Source: Mantamonas sphyraenae STR306
Taxonomy: Eukaryota > Protista > CRuMs
Assembly (NCBI GenBank): GCA_026936335.1
Contig: JAPMXV010000038.1
Coordinates: forward strand, 62,001-126,000
Length of the DNA: 64,000 nt
Reading direction: 5' to 3'
Shown here one piece after another: positions 22,610 through 33,895 of the stretch (position 1 is its first letter; each line of letters starts with the position of its first letter). The position numbers and the translations under genes were made by a program. The notes below the pieces were generated by a model, which saw only the letters and a list, made by a program, of their open reading frames with translations, searched no databases and was not told the DNA's origin.

Positions 22610-24348
22610 GTGTTGCCACCGCCAAACTGAGACAAGAAGGCGTCCAGGTCTGTGTCAAGATCATCCATGGCGTCTTCAAACCCCCTGCGTGAGCTGGTTT
22701 TGGACTTTGTGGCTGCTGTGCGCGTGCTGCTTCTGCGTGTGGTGCCCGTTGGCTCGGGAGAGGGCGGCTCGTCAAACGCCTCTTGTGTGCTCATTTCAGC
22801 GTCGGCCACAGCTTGGGATGACTCTGCGCCACGTGCAATAAGGCTAGTGACTTCTACTTGCATGCGTTTCTGCTCTGGGGAGGCCTGTGTGTCGTCGTTT
22901 GGCACGTCTTCGGCAGCACTTGTGCGGCCACGACTGCGCGTGCGTGTGGGCGGGGTGGGGTCGTCTGAAGCAAGCACGGTGCTGGTGAGCACCTGCTCGA
23001 CAGTGTCGAGCATCTGTTCTTGGCCCTGGAAGAGCACAGTGCGCTTGTCCGGCGTGACGTTGACGTCGTAGGCCGAGGGCGACGTTTGGATGTGCACCAC
23101 GTACAGGGGAAACTTGCGCGAATCGTCAAAGTGCTCGCGATACGCCTTGTTGAGCAGTTTGGAGAGGGCCGGGTGGTCGATGGGCCGCTTGTTGACGTAG
23201 ATCAAGCCACGCGAACGGCTGTGCATGACAAGCGACGCGTTGGCGTCGGGCTTTGGCAGCCACGCTTCTATGTACACAGGCACACGCTTGGTGCCATCGG
23301 AGCCGGCGTCGCCATGGTTGCTCGCAGCGGTGTCCGATGCGGCCGCGCCTTCGTCCTGCCCGAGAATTTGGTCGCCGCTGGCCGCACTGCTGGGCGTGCT
23401 TGTGTCTGTGCTGCCACTCAGCAGCGAGTGCTGTGAGATGCTATCTGTAGAAGAGGATGATGAGGACGACGGTGTGGTGTGTGTCAACATGTACTGCGGC
23501 TGCAGAGTCATGGTGAACGAGATGAGGTGTTTCTTGAGCTGGTGGGCAACGGTTATGCCCAGCATGTGGGAGATGCACTCGCTGGTGGAGTTGAGAACAC
23601 CCTTGGTGAGGAGGGCCTTTGGGGGATTGCGCAGACGGAAGCGGACGTGTGGGTGAATGATGGCGTAGGCGGTGACGAGATCGTGCACTCGCTTGGCCTC
23701 GGCCTTGATCTGCTTGCGTTGCACCTGTGCTCGCACAGGAAGGTCACGAAACAGGTGTTCCACCGTGACAGTGGTTCCCTGCGCGGCGCTGGAGGTCTTT
23801 GTGTTTGTGACGCCGTTCTTGCTGTCCATCTCCACACTCGTGGCAACCGTGTCCACTGACGTGCGCGTAGTCAATGTCACCTGTGCCAGGGCGCACAACG
23901 AGTGCATTGCCTCGCCACGGAAGCCAAACGAGTCGAGTGTGGTGAACGAGCTCATGTCTGTAAATTTGCTCGTGCGGTACCGCTGGCCCAGGTGCTGCAG
24001 GTTGTCTGCGGCAATGCCACAGCCGTTGTCACGAACCTGGATGCTGCTCATGCCTCCGTCCTGCAGGGAAATGTCCACAGAGGTGGCACCTGCGTCCAGC
24101 GCGTTTTCCAGCAACTCCTTCACGCAGGAAGACACCGACGTGATCACCTGGCCTGTGATGGGGCGCATTTTCATGAGTGGGTGCAAGAGCGATTGGTTCA
24201 CAGTGAGTGTGAGCGTGGGAACATTGTGTGTGGTACATCAGGTGGCAGTGCCGGGGTGATTTTCGTGGCGAAGTGATCACTCACCTGCAGAGATGCGCTC
24301 GGCCACACGTCGGTCCAGTTTCTGCACGGCGGGAGCGGTGGAAGACAT
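21553..24348 (-). CDS. PMS1: MutL-family mismatch repair ATPase, human PMS1-type; intron 24153-24284
   Basis: Spliced N-terminus ...VAERISAG|QVITSVSSCVKELLENALDAGAT, DNGCGI, FGFRGEA, DVNVTPDKR, C-terminal CPHGRP; no intact DQHA(X)2E(X)4E motif. Confidence 0.85.
22562..22609. repeat. (GAGGAC)n hexamer tract encoding poly-Ser in PMS1
   Basis: Direct tandem repeat visible in the sequence. Confidence 0.9.
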
Positions 24349-24473
24349 TGGATGTACACTTGAGGGAGGGGAGGAACGCAACACTGAGGCACACACGCAC
24401 GCTGGAGCACGCTGTGACACGAGTTGTGTTGTGTTGACGTGCGCAGGGCAGGGTAGAGAAAACCACACGCACA

Positions 24474-25535
24474 ATGAGCCAGGACGGCGGCTATTCCAGC
24501 GATGCCAGTGACAGCAGCACGGGCTCGTTCCACTCGGCCGTGAGCACAGCATCCCTGGACGAGAACAACGGACGGTCAGCATCGCCATCGTCGTTTATGG
24601 CGCCGATTGGCATCGGTTCTGTGCGAGCGCACCCAAGCGCTCGGGCAAGCTACGAAGCACAGGGAAGGCGCACGCCGACAGGCTCCTGGCAGCCCGACGG
24701 GCAGTGATGCGTCTGCGTCGCCTCTGTACCACCACCGCTCGAAACTGCGCTACGCAAGCACAGACGGCAGTGGAAGCAGCGGGGCGGAAGATGGCGGCTC
24801 GCCCAGAGGGGCAGCGCCACAAGTGCAGGCCAGTGCACGTGTGCCAGGCCACGAAAGCAGCCCGCCATCTTCAGGGACACACACACACACGTCAGCAGCG
24901 GGATCGAGCAGTAGTGGAGCCGACGGTGGAGCAGGCAACGTGCGACAGCGCGGAGGAAGGGGCGGCCAGAAACGAGCGCGTGGCGTGGCCCCCGTTTACT
25001 TGGCCGGCGCCGTTCCCATTCCACAGGGCCCCGGTGGCCAGCAGGCGCTCACCAAGCTCTCTGTGTTTTACATGGTGGTGGGTGCTGGCATGGCGGCGTA
25101 CTCGTACTGGATCCACGCCTCGGTGGGCAACATCTACGACACCCTTGCGTCGACGCTGGTCATCACCTACATGGCCACCTACGGCGCCACACAGGGCACC
25201 TCCAAGGCTGCCATCATCCTGTCCATGTTTCTGCAGTGGCTCCTCTCTGTATTTGTGGGCCTGCACACCTACTGGGTGCTGATGGAACCCGTGCAGAATT
25301 GGCGTCACAGCTGTGGGCCTCCTTCCTTTCTGCCCTCTTCTTCACCAACCTTATTACTCTGTACATTACCTATCGATTCCTCCTCTTTATTGGTGCCTAT
25401 TGGCGTCACGTCGAGCGCCTGCGCAAGGCCAAGGAACGCAGGGAGGGCGGCGCTGGCGGCGACACTGCCTCCAGGCGTCGCAGCCAGACTGCAGGCAGTG
25501 TGGAACTTGAGGTCAGCGATCAGGAGGATGATTGA
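24474..25535 (+). CDS. Hypothetical protein with disordered Ser-rich N-terminus and ~4 TM helices (frame breaks near 24686 and 25284)
   Basis: ORFs 24474..24707, 24607.. and 25236..25535 join into one coherent protein with four hydrophobic segments. Confidence 0.6.
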
Positions 25536-25601
25536 GGGGCAACGTGGTGGCTGTGCGAGGAGGGATGCAGGGAAACCCAAGGCAGGAAAAAAACCATCAC
25601 C

Positions 25602-26186
25602 ATGTTTGCTCGAGCCAAGACTTCGTTGCGTTGCCATGCGCCTTTGCATTCAGTCGTGACTGCACGGCACATGACTGTGTCCATGGAGGCCGGGGTGGCC
25701 CAGGGTGACGCAGAGCGGTGTCCGTACGGCCGACCTGATGATCGGAAATGGGCCACAGTGGTGCTCCGTGATGTGGAGTGGGGGCACATGGACGCGTTCC
25801 AACACGTGAATAACCTGGTCTACTTGCGCTGGTTTGAAAACGCGCGTATCGACAGCAGCATGCGTCTGTGGAGCTTCGGGTCCGACTCTGGCTCCGGAAA
25901 AAGTGAGGGCAACACCGGTCCCATCCTCGCCAGCACCAGCATCAACTTTCTGGCGGCCGTGGAATTCCCCGACCAGGTGTTGACGCAATGTCGCGTCAGC
26001 CACGTGGGTGGAAAGAGCATCAAGCAGCAGTACGAGGTCTGGTCGCGTCGGCAACAAAAAGTCGTCGCCAGCGGCGAAGCAGTCATCGTGTTCTATGACT
26101 ACAACAACAACAAGGCCATCGAATGGCCACAAGGTGTGCGCAAGGCTGTGTTGGAGTTGGATGGAGAGGTCGAGGGCGTGCTTTGA
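25602..26186 (+). CDS. 4HBT/YbgC-type acyl-CoA thioesterase (hot-dog fold), possible mitochondrial presequence
   Basis: WGHMDAFQHVNNLVYLRWFENAR, GPILAS..INF...VEFPD; Arg/Ser-rich, acid-free N-terminus. Confidence 0.88.
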   Translation: MFARAKTSLRCHAPLHSVVTARHMTVSMEAGVAQGDAERCPYGRPDDRKWATVVLRDVEWGHMDAFQHVNNLVYLRWFENARIDSSMRLWSFGSDSGSGKSEGNTGPILASTSINFLAAVEFPDQVLTQCRVSHVGGKSIKQQYEVWSRRQQKVVASGEAVIVFYDYNNNKAIEWPQGVRKAVLELDGEVEGVL

Positions 26187-26219
26187 AACAACACAACCGT
26201 AAAGAGCGATTGGAAACCC

Positions 26220-26727
26220 ATGGATCTCGTGTCTGTTGCTGATGACAACATTCGACAACAGTCTGCGCTGTCCATTTGTTTGAATCTTGCAGGCGCCGTC
26301 TCTTCTGTTCTGGCGCTTGTGTTTGTGCCGGGGATTGAAGGAGACGGCTTGGCGATCGCCACCGTTGTACTCTTTCTGGTCAGCGCTGCCGTTGGTATTT
26401 GTCTCAATGCATTGGCGCTGGTGGAAGTGTACACGGGCAACACCTTTGCCATGGGTGTGTCCAGCCTGTCCTTCTTTGTCGGGCTGATTTTGTGCGTTGA
26501 GGCTCGGGTGTCGCAGAACGCAGGCCTGGACCTGGAACTGACACCTGGGTTGACTGTGGATTGCTTACAGGATGTTTGTGCACACCGACTTCTGGCTTTC
26601 CACAACGATGGGACAAGTTCTGTACGGTGTGCAGATCTCCGTCGTGGTTCTCTCGTGCTGCCTCGTCGTGTGTTTCGTTTGTGTACTAGGCACAGCCTAC
26701 AATGACAGGGTGCGGATATTTACGTAA
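26220..26727 (+). CDS. Small 4-TM protein, 5S-linked family member A; intron 26492-26570
   Basis: LALVFVPGIEG motif; phase-2 GTGCGT...TTACAG intron gives exon 2 MFVHTDFWLSTTMGQVLY..., matching paralogs B and C. Confidence 0.65.
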
Positions 26728-26931
26728 CAACTGGGAATGGGGAGGTGGGGGGTGGGAAGGCGAAAGGGAGCAGGAGGGGACAGAGACGGAGCTGTGCTTT
26801 TGCGCAGTGGTGCCAACGGATGGACGTGGTTGCGAGGGATGGCAGAATCAACGCATTACGCACACGGAATACATAGCATCAGGTGCGATACTCGACGATT
26901 GGGTCAAAGAATCAAAAAAAAAAAGAGAATT

Positions 26932-27049
26932 ACCAACGTCACAGCCAATTCCCTTGAGGTCCCCCATCAAAGTACTACGGCTGCCATCTCCAGCTTAACG
27001 GTGGGGTTCGGCAGGGACCCTGTGCTTTCTGGAGTGTTTGAACGTTGGT
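26932..27049 (-). rRNA. 5S rRNA: 5S rRNA (118 nt), copy 1
   Basis: ACCAACGTT...GACGTTGGT helix I, CTCCAG/CTGGAG helix II, box A-like GTTAAGC, TAGTACT..GATGGGGGACC...GGGAA; followed by an oligo-T Pol III terminator. Confidence 0.92.
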
Positions 27050-27429
27050 TAGTTTCGATGAGAGGTGTCTGGGGTGCGGACCCGAGCCACCAGACGAGGC
27101 TTGTGTCAGCTTGCGACCACATCGGATTTCTTCAGCACTTGATTTCGCCACACAGCCATTCACTGGGACTCCCACCGGGATTGGTGTGGAGTGATAAAAG
27201 GGATTGGCACATCAGTGGGGATGGGATTTGGCTGCGTGTGGTGGTATGAGAGCACAGGTGACAATTGCGAGGGTTCATGCCAGGTTCAATGCCGGCTTCC
27301 AGCACCCAGACGTGACTTTGGGTGTGCGTGGAGCGGGTTACTCCGCATCACGTGTGACATACGAACCAGGATGTGGACAGAACCGGTGTGGTGCGGTTGA
27401 CGAGGCACAGCGATTCGAAAAAGGCACGC

Positions 27430-27916
27430 ATGGCCACGCCACGGTTCGTGGAAGGACCACTGCAAAGGGACCTTCAGCGCGCAAGCGCCATGTGCGTGTT
27501 GAAAGGAGTTGCTGGCCTGGTGGGACTGTTGGTTGTCCCTGGCGCGTGGGGCAGCGTGATGCAGATCCTCTCTGCGGCTCTGCTCGTTCTAGACGCGGGC
27601 ATCGGCTTCACGGTGTTTAAGCGTGGACTGGCAGGCACACACCCCCCTGGATGGGTAATCAATGTGCTGCTGGCCCTGCCTGTTGTCGCAATGACGTTGT
27701 ACGTGGCTGGAAGTGAGGAAAGGTAGCAGAAGTCGCCCCACACTCACATCCCATGTGCGACACAACACCAGAACGTTTCTGAGGGCGGGTGACTGGTTCT
27801 CCAGTTTCTTGGGTGCTGTGTTCTTTGTGTTGGTTGTCGTGTCTGTCCCGTTGGGGATCTACGCCTGCATCAACCTGAAGATCACCCTGGATTTCCAACG
27901 CACACGGAAAAGGTGA
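27430..27916 (+). CDS. Small 4-TM protein, 5S-linked family member B; intron 27723-27771
   Basis: KGVAGLVGLLVVPGAWG; phase-2 GT...CAG intron (49 nt, CTCAC branch) joins exon 2 TFLRAGDWFSSFLGAVFF. Confidence 0.7.
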
Positions 27917-28153
27917 CTGCAATGAACAGCATGGGTGATACGGTGTATAGAAGTGGAGAGTCGATGGGGTGTAGGGTGACGATGGAGAGTGGAAAGGCAG
28001 CACCTGCAGCGCTGGGTTTGTCGCGTCGTCACCACGATGCAATGTAGCTTCGAGCAAAGTGATGGACGAGGTGGATACACTCTTCCATGCATGCGCATGA
28101 CGATGCGGAAACAAAAAGAGGATGGTGAGGTGAAAAAGAGCAAAAAGAGAATT

Positions 28154-28271
28154 ACCAACGTCACAGCCAATTCCCTTGAGGTCCCCCATCAAAGTACTAC
28201 GGCTGCCATCTCCAGCTTAACGGTGGGGTTCGGCAGGGACCCTGTGCTTTCTGGAGTGTTTGAACGTTGGT
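28154..28271 (-). rRNA. 5S rRNA: 5S rRNA (118 nt), copy 2
   Basis: Identical to copy 1; T-runs downstream. Confidence 0.92.
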
Positions 28272-28729
28272 TAGGTTTGATGGGAGGTGTCGGGGGTGGG
28301 GACCCGAGCCACAAGACGAGGCTTGTGTCAGCTTGCGACCAGCTCGGATTTCTTCAGCACTTGATATCGCCACACAGCCATCAACAGGACACATCGACCC
28401 CCGTCACGTCCTGCAGCCACCCATATCCTTGACCACACGCGTCCGTCCAGTCTCAACCATTCCCTGTGCTGCTTACAGTGATCGCAAGTACATTTCCCTT
28501 CGAAACCTCCTCCCACGTCTCACACCCAACCCTGCCCTCCGCACATCCCACAGTCACACCTCAGCCCATACCGTACACACACCAACCCCACAACCCAGCC
28601 CCATTATCATCCCTTTATCCTCCTCCTCGACCCCATGTCCTAGCCGTTTCTCCTCGCAAGCCACTGCCCACACTCCCCCTGCCCCTCCTCCAGCTCATCT
28701 CCACCCACACACACTTCCACACCCCTCTC

Positions 28730-29050
28730 TCAATGGATGTCTTCCGACTCGTCTTCCTCCAAAACTGCGTTGATCGGCCGCACGCGAATGGGTTTCCGCA
28801 CCGTTTGACCAAACCAGTACCACCGCACAAACGCCGCCACCACAAGCACTGCCGCAAGTGCAAACAGCAGCGGCACCTCCAGAGGCCACGACAGGCCTGT
28901 GCTGTCCGCAGCCAGTGGCTCTCTATACAGCACTGCCACCACACAAAACACCACCGTGCCTCCAAAGCACATCAGCTGGCCCCACCGATCCAGCTGCCTC
29001 GCCTTTCTGCGCTCCCCTTCCATCGCTGCATCCTTCACCGGTGTCAACAT
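28730..29050 (-). CDS. Small 2-TM hypothetical protein (~106 aa), left copy
   Basis: Two hydrophobic helices and an acidic tail; ORF intact in both arms with a synonymous difference (GAC/GAT). Confidence 0.55.
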   Translation of the reverse strand: MLTPVKDAAMEGERRKARQLDRWGQLMCFGGTVVFCVVAVLYREPLAADSTGLSWPLEVPLLFALAAVLVVAAFVRWYWFGQTVRKPIRVRPINAVLEEDESEDIH

Positions 29051-29098
29051 GCCCTGTGTCTTCTCCACTCGGTGTCTCTGCAATCCCTGCGTCGATGT

Positions 29099-30373
29099 TT
29101 ACTCTGCCCCTCCCAACGCACCCAGGATGTCCACCACTGCCCCTGCCAGTCGCTCGGGACACTGCTCCTGCAGAAAGTGTCCTGCCGTGTCCACCAGCTC
29201 AATGGGTCCCTTGTTCAGCTTGGCCATGCGGTAGTGCACCTTGCCCAGGATCGGATCCCGCGTGCCCCACACCCCGCGCCACTCGCCCCTGTACGCAGTG
29301 AACCAGTCATCGGTCATTTCAAACACAGCCAACGAATCGTGTGTCGGCGTGTTGGGCACCATCTTGGCCATGGCCAACGGTGCCGCACGGTCTCGGTGTG
29401 CTCGGAACGGAAACATGTACGCACGCGTCTCTGCAGACAGAATGCGCAGCGAATGCGAGTCACCCTGCACTGCATTCAGGTTGTGCATGGGGAACAGGAA
29501 GGGACGGAACACCCACGGAGCCACGGCTGTGTGTGAGAACCGGTGGAACCATGTGTTGTGGAACTTCTTGGGCACAGACACCGCTGTGTTGGCATACACC
29601 ACTCCCTGGATCGCAACCTGCGTCTCTGCCTCCAGTCGTGCTGCCACAGCTGTCACCGTCGGTCCTCCCCAGTCCTGGCCCATGATCAGCACGGGCAACT
29701 CGCTGTCCACGCCAAGTGCCTTGACCACACTCGTCACCACACTCACGTGCAGCGCCAGACACCCGGCCATGGCATCGTTGTCTGGTTTCCCACTCAATCC
29801 ACAGCCCATCAGATCCGGCGCAATCACACGCAGTCCCTGCGCCGCCTCTAAACCCTCCAGCGCCTTGATCACCTTCCGCCACAGAAACGACCACGTCGGA
29901 TTCCCGTGGAACATCAACACCGTCGCACGCACCGGTGTGTCTGCACCCCCAATCACATGGTCAACCACATGCACAGGCAATGCCCAGTCGTCACTGTGCA
30001 CCACACAAGCACGACGACGCACAGCAAACACACTCTCCACCTCTTCCGGCAACGCTGGCACCTTGTCCAGCAACTCCACCTCGTGGGTGTGCTTCGCCAG
30101 ACTGCGCATTGCCTCTTTGTCTCCTGCACGCACGTTTGCTTCCACCCACCGTCCTCCGTCCATCGACATGGCACGCACTCCACGGGGACACACCTCTGCC
30201 ACACACTTGTTCAACTCAGCCTCATACCCTTCTTGCTGCTTGATCCCATCTGCACTCAGCCCCGCTGGCATTTGCACATAGTTCGTCACCACGTACAGCA
30301 CAACCACAAGCAACACCAGTGCGCAAAGAGCCCAACACGCAACCTGCGCTGCCAACGTGCCAACGTTCTCCAT
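29099..30373 (-). CDS. Haloalkane dehalogenase/OleB-like alpha/beta hydrolase with N-terminal TM anchor, left copy
   Basis: FHGNPTWSFLWRKVI, APDLMGCGLSGKP, GQDWGG (Asp nucleophile + Trp), WGTRDPILG, AGHFLQE; intronless. Confidence 0.85.
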   Translation of the reverse strand: MENVGTLAAQVACWALCALVLLVVVLYVVTNYVQMPAGLSADGIKQQEGYEAELNKCVAEVCPRGVRAMSMDGGRWVEANVRAGDKEAMRSLAKHTHEVELLDKVPALPEEVESVFAVRRRACVVHSDDWALPVHVVDHVIGGADTPVRATVLMFHGNPTWSFLWRKVIKALEGLEAAQGLRVIAPDLMGCGLSGKPDNDAMAGCLALHVSVVTSVVKALGVDSELPVLIMGQDWGGPTVTAVAARLEAETQVAIQGVVYANTAVSVPKKFHNTWFHRFSHTAVAPWVFRPFLFPMHNLNAVQGDSHSLRILSAETRAYMFPFRAHRDRAAPLAMAKMVPNTPTHDSLAVFEMTDDWFTAYRGEWRGVWGTRDPILGKVHYRMAKLNKGPIELVDTAGHFLQEQCPERLAGAVVDILGALGGAE

Positions 30374-30673
30374 CACGGGATGTCTTGGCACAGCCTTCGC
30401 ATCACCCAACCCATCGTCCTCGCCCTCGTCCTCCACACCCACTGTGTCTGTGCGAAAGGCGCTTTTTCACTCGTGTCACCTCCTACGGCGCCCGGGATCT
30501 TTGCGTCGGCGGGTTTTGTTGTGATTTGCGAAAGGCGCCTTGCGCCTATCGACCAAACTCAACCCTGGGCTCCTCGGTGGCACCGACACACATTGGACGC
30601 AGAGCACACCACCCACATCCGACCTTAGAACACACCAAACACACGTGCGAAGCGATCAGCACTCGGGATAGAG

Positions 30674-32611
30674 ATGCGTCGCAGTAGGAGAACTCAAGAC
30701 GGCGGGATGGAACTGGAGTCGCTGGGAGGAAGCGAAGTGAGGCGAACCAAAACACACGCATCGATGTACAGTCGCAAGGAACGGCATGGGAAGAGGACAG
30801 AGCATGGCGGGCGTGGGTATGGCCGTGCGGTGGTTGGCGGAAGGGCGACGGAGGCTTTTTTGAAGACCGGATGGAAGGAAACGGCCGCAGGACAGAAAGG
30901 TCCAGGGGGTGGAAACAGGTATGTGGAGGAAGGGATGGAGACAGAGAGCGTGAGTGGAAGCAGCAGCGAGTCGGAGGTGGAGTGTGGAGACTGTGAAACG
31001 TGCCTGGGCTTCTCTGGGGAGGAGGGAAGGTGGTGTGGGACAAAGAGCGGAAGGGACCGCGACGGAGGAGGAGGAGGGAGCGACGGCGGAGTGCACACGC
31101 TGGACATGGTGACGCTTCGGCTGCCGACGAGGACGGGAGAGGAAGGGGCACAGCGATTGCAGCAGTTGCAGATGCTGGCACAGAAGCAGTCAGAGTCAGA
31201 GTCGGAGGGTGACGTGGAGGAGGAGGGGGCGGAAGGAATGGAGACGGAGAGCTCGGGGAGCAGCAGCAGCCGAAAGAGGATGAGGAAGAAGCACAAGCAA
31301 GCAAGTGGGTTTGATGCACTGCCAGCCGCGGTGGTACAACACATCTTTTCGTATCTGGATCACAAGGACCTGGCACACGGGGTGGCAGGGACGAGCAAGC
31401 GGTTTCGGCTGTTGAGCAACAGCGACGCGGCATGGAAGGCAGCGTTTGTGCGCTTCTTTGGGTACACACCGCGGCATCCGTGTCCTGTGTACTTGAACAA
31501 GCCACTGGACCTTGCCGAAGACAGCACGAGCGAACAACGGATGGTGATGCAGAGCCTGTACGAACAATACCAGGGCAACGCACTGCACCTGCCCGACCAG
31601 GCGTATCGGCACTGCTTTGTCAAGTGCTACCTGGCCGGACTGTCGCACTGCTACGAGAAGCAACGGCGTGCGCGCTCACGTGACTCGACGCCGCAGGTGA
31701 GTGTGGAGGGCCTGTGGGAGGAACTGGGAGACGACGAGACACGATATGCCTACGCAGTGCGTGTGGCAGAGAGCGTGGCACGTCAGAAGGAGGCAAAGAA
31801 GCAGTATCGCAAAGCATACGTGGGGGCATACCTGTTTGGGGAGTTTATGCGGATCACAGAGGAGGAGTTGGAGAGTGGAGAGGAGGTGGGGGTGGAGGAG
31901 GCAAGCTACGTGGGGATGGCAGTGCAGTTTTGCCAGATGAGTGTGTACAAAGGATTGGCACTGCGCAACATGGGCTATCTGACGGGGTCGTCGTATGCGT
32001 ACGTGGAGGTGCTGAACACGTGCAAGCGTGCAAAGCGGTACCTGGGCGGCTGGGAGCCGACGCAGCTGCGGGACTTTCGAGCGACGGCGTATGTGAACCT
32101 GAGTGTGGTGTACAACGAAGGCAAGCTGTACGGGACGGCGCTGGAGTGCATTGACGCAGGGGTGCCGCTGATGCAGGAGCTGATGAAGGAGGTGGAGGTG
32201 GACGGGGAGGCGGAGGTGCTGGAGTTTGAGGACAGAGTGGTGGAGAGGCTGGAGGAGGCCGGAGAGGAGGTGCCGCAGGTGCACAGCGAGAACAGCGTGT
32301 ATGCGGCCAGACTGATGCATCTGCTGAACAACCGTGTGGATGTGCGACTGAAGCTGGGCGAACCGCTGCGCAACGTGGTGGGGGACCTGGCGTTGGTGGG
32401 CAGTGTGGGAGACTTTTACCTGTCACTGTACGACTGGGAGGTGGGACGTGTGCCGGAGCACCTGTACAACGCCATGCACGACGTGTACCTGTGTGTGCTG
32501 TGTCTGGGAGAGGCAGAGACGCGAGAGTGCGTGCGTCTGCTGAATGAGGAGCACTCGGGCTTGTCAGGCTTCTTTCATGCGCTATCGCGAGAGTGGCAGG
32601 ACGAAGAGTGA
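30674..32611 (+). CDS. F-box protein with helical (TPR-like) C-terminus, left copy (true start may be downstream)
   Basis: FDALPAAVVQHIFSYLDHKDL...TSKRFRLLSNSDAAWK F-box; ATAYVNLSVVY...ALECI TPR-like segment. Confidence 0.8.
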   Translation: MRRSRRTQDGGMELESLGGSEVRRTKTHASMYSRKERHGKRTEHGGRGYGRAVVGGRATEAFLKTGWKETAAGQKGPGGGNRYVEEGMETESVSGSSSESEVECGDCETCLGFSGEEGRWCGTKSGRDRDGGGGGSDGGVHTLDMVTLRLPTRTGEEGAQRLQQLQMLAQKQSESESEGDVEEEGAEGMETESSGSSSSRKRMRKKHKQASGFDALPAAVVQHIFSYLDHKDLAHGVAGTSKRFRLLSNSDAAWKAAFVRFFGYTPRHPCPVYLNKPLDLAEDSTSEQRMVMQSLYEQYQGNALHLPDQAYRHCFVKCYLAGLSHCYEKQRRARSRDSTPQVSVEGLWEELGDDETRYAYAVRVAESVARQKEAKKQYRKAYVGAYLFGEFMRITEEELESGEEVGVEEASYVGMAVQFCQMSVYKGLALRNMGYLTGSSYAYVEVLNTCKRAKRYLGGWEPTQLRDFRATAYVNLSVVYNEGKLYGTALECIDAGVPLMQELMKEVEVDGEAEVLEFEDRVVERLEEAGEEVPQVHSENSVYAARLMHLLNNRVDVRLKLGEPLRNVVGDLALVGSVGDFYLSLYDWEVGRVPEHLYNAMHDVYLCVLCLGEAETRECVRLLNEEHSGLSGFFHALSREWQDEE

Positions 32612-32693
32612 AGAGAGAGAGGGATGGTGGTGGTCAACAATGGTATTTAGTATTTACAGCACCCTGGGTGATTGGGTGATTGGGGGGGGGGGA

Positions 32694-33222
32694 TCAGTTC
32701 TTGCGACGGGTGGTGTGTTCAAACACAACCACCTGAAGGTAGTCGGGGTCTTCGATTTCGATGCGCCTGCTGTTGTCGCCCGGAGGTGAGTTGGGATCCA
32801 GGTTGATCTGTTTGCGGTCGCGCTTGTTCTTGAACTGCAGGCCAGACGACGTGACGACCACAGTGAAGTTGGTGGATGATGCACTGGACGACTGTCCCGT
32901 CGCAAAGTTGTAGTACGACAGGTCGCTGGTGCTTGGTACGAGTTTCTCCCTGAGGCGAGGACGAGGGGAAGCAGGGGGAAGCAGGAGAAGGGGATGGACG
33001 ATGAGCAATCTCTCCCACACTCACTCTCACTCTGCTCGTCTGTGGACAATCCCTCCCACTCATGCTTACCCGTCAAAGTACTGTTCAAAGTCTTCTCCTT
33101 CGGCCTGCAGACGTGCTCCGTAGTCTAGGTACCCGCTCACCTCCTGGTGCTTGCTGTTCTCTGTGCGGATGTAGATGATCATCTGTGTGAGGGTGGAGGA
33201 TGTCCAGCACAGGCGAGTGTGT

Positions 33223-33260
<38 letters not shown>

Positions 33261-33788
33261 ATCCCACACCGGAGCAACACTCACCGTCGTCTTGCCACTC
33301 TTGACCGAAGACTCAAAGTGTGCCAGCAGCTTCATCAGTGGCTTGTCCTCCAGGTCTTTGCCATCGGAGAGCAGTCCCACAGAGCGAGTCACTTTGGTCT
33401 TTGTCTGCCTGCTGGCTGCCTTCTTCTCGTCCCACTCGGCTCGCGAGATGCTCTCGCCACTTCCGCGGTAGCCCAGCTCTACAAGCTGTCTGCACAGCAC
33501 CTCATCTTCCAGAAACTGTCGGGTGTGATTTTGGGTGGATGGGTGGGGTGGTGATGGCAGATGGGTGGGTCAGCATGGGTCGAGTGTGCGTGGACGGGCG
33601 ACGGGAGCTGGGAGGCGGGCGAGCGGAAAGCCGTTGCGCAAAGACCCGTGCCACACGCGGGCCACACGTACGTAGAGGTCGGTAGGGGTCACCTGGGAGT
33701 CGAGATAGTCTTCGTAGGTGTCGAATTCCTGGATGTAGCTGTCGATGGTGCCTGCTTGGATCTCGAGGATGTCCTCTGTGCTGGTCAT
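32694..33788 (-). CDS. CFAP299: Cilia- and flagella-associated protein 299 (DUF4464), left copy, 3 introns
   Basis: FDTYEDYLDSQVT..DLY|FLEDE.LCRQLVELGYRG, |MIIYIR...QEVSGYLDY..RL, DLSYYN, GLQFKNKRDRKQINLDP...PGDNS.R. Confidence 0.88.
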
Positions 33789-33895
33789 CGGCGGGGGGCA
33801 GGTTGGTCGGGCATGCGCTGCGCTGCGAACACCAACACATCGCATCCCTGGCTTCCCAGTGTTCTCCTAGGCTCTCACCCCACAGTGTACAAACA

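Larger units (their letters stand above)
26795..33843. repeat. Left arm of ~7.05 kb inverted duplication
   Basis: Reverse complement of 36497-43553; near-identical proteins (645-aa F-box, hydrolase, CFAP299). Boundaries were judged by eye where matching stops. Confidence 0.95.

Noticed and set aside
27160-28500. SL RNA, snRNA or tRNA linked to the 5S units
   Set aside because: No Sm site with donor hairpin, U1/U2/U6 signature or cloverleaf recognised by eye; an Rfam scan would be needed to exclude them.
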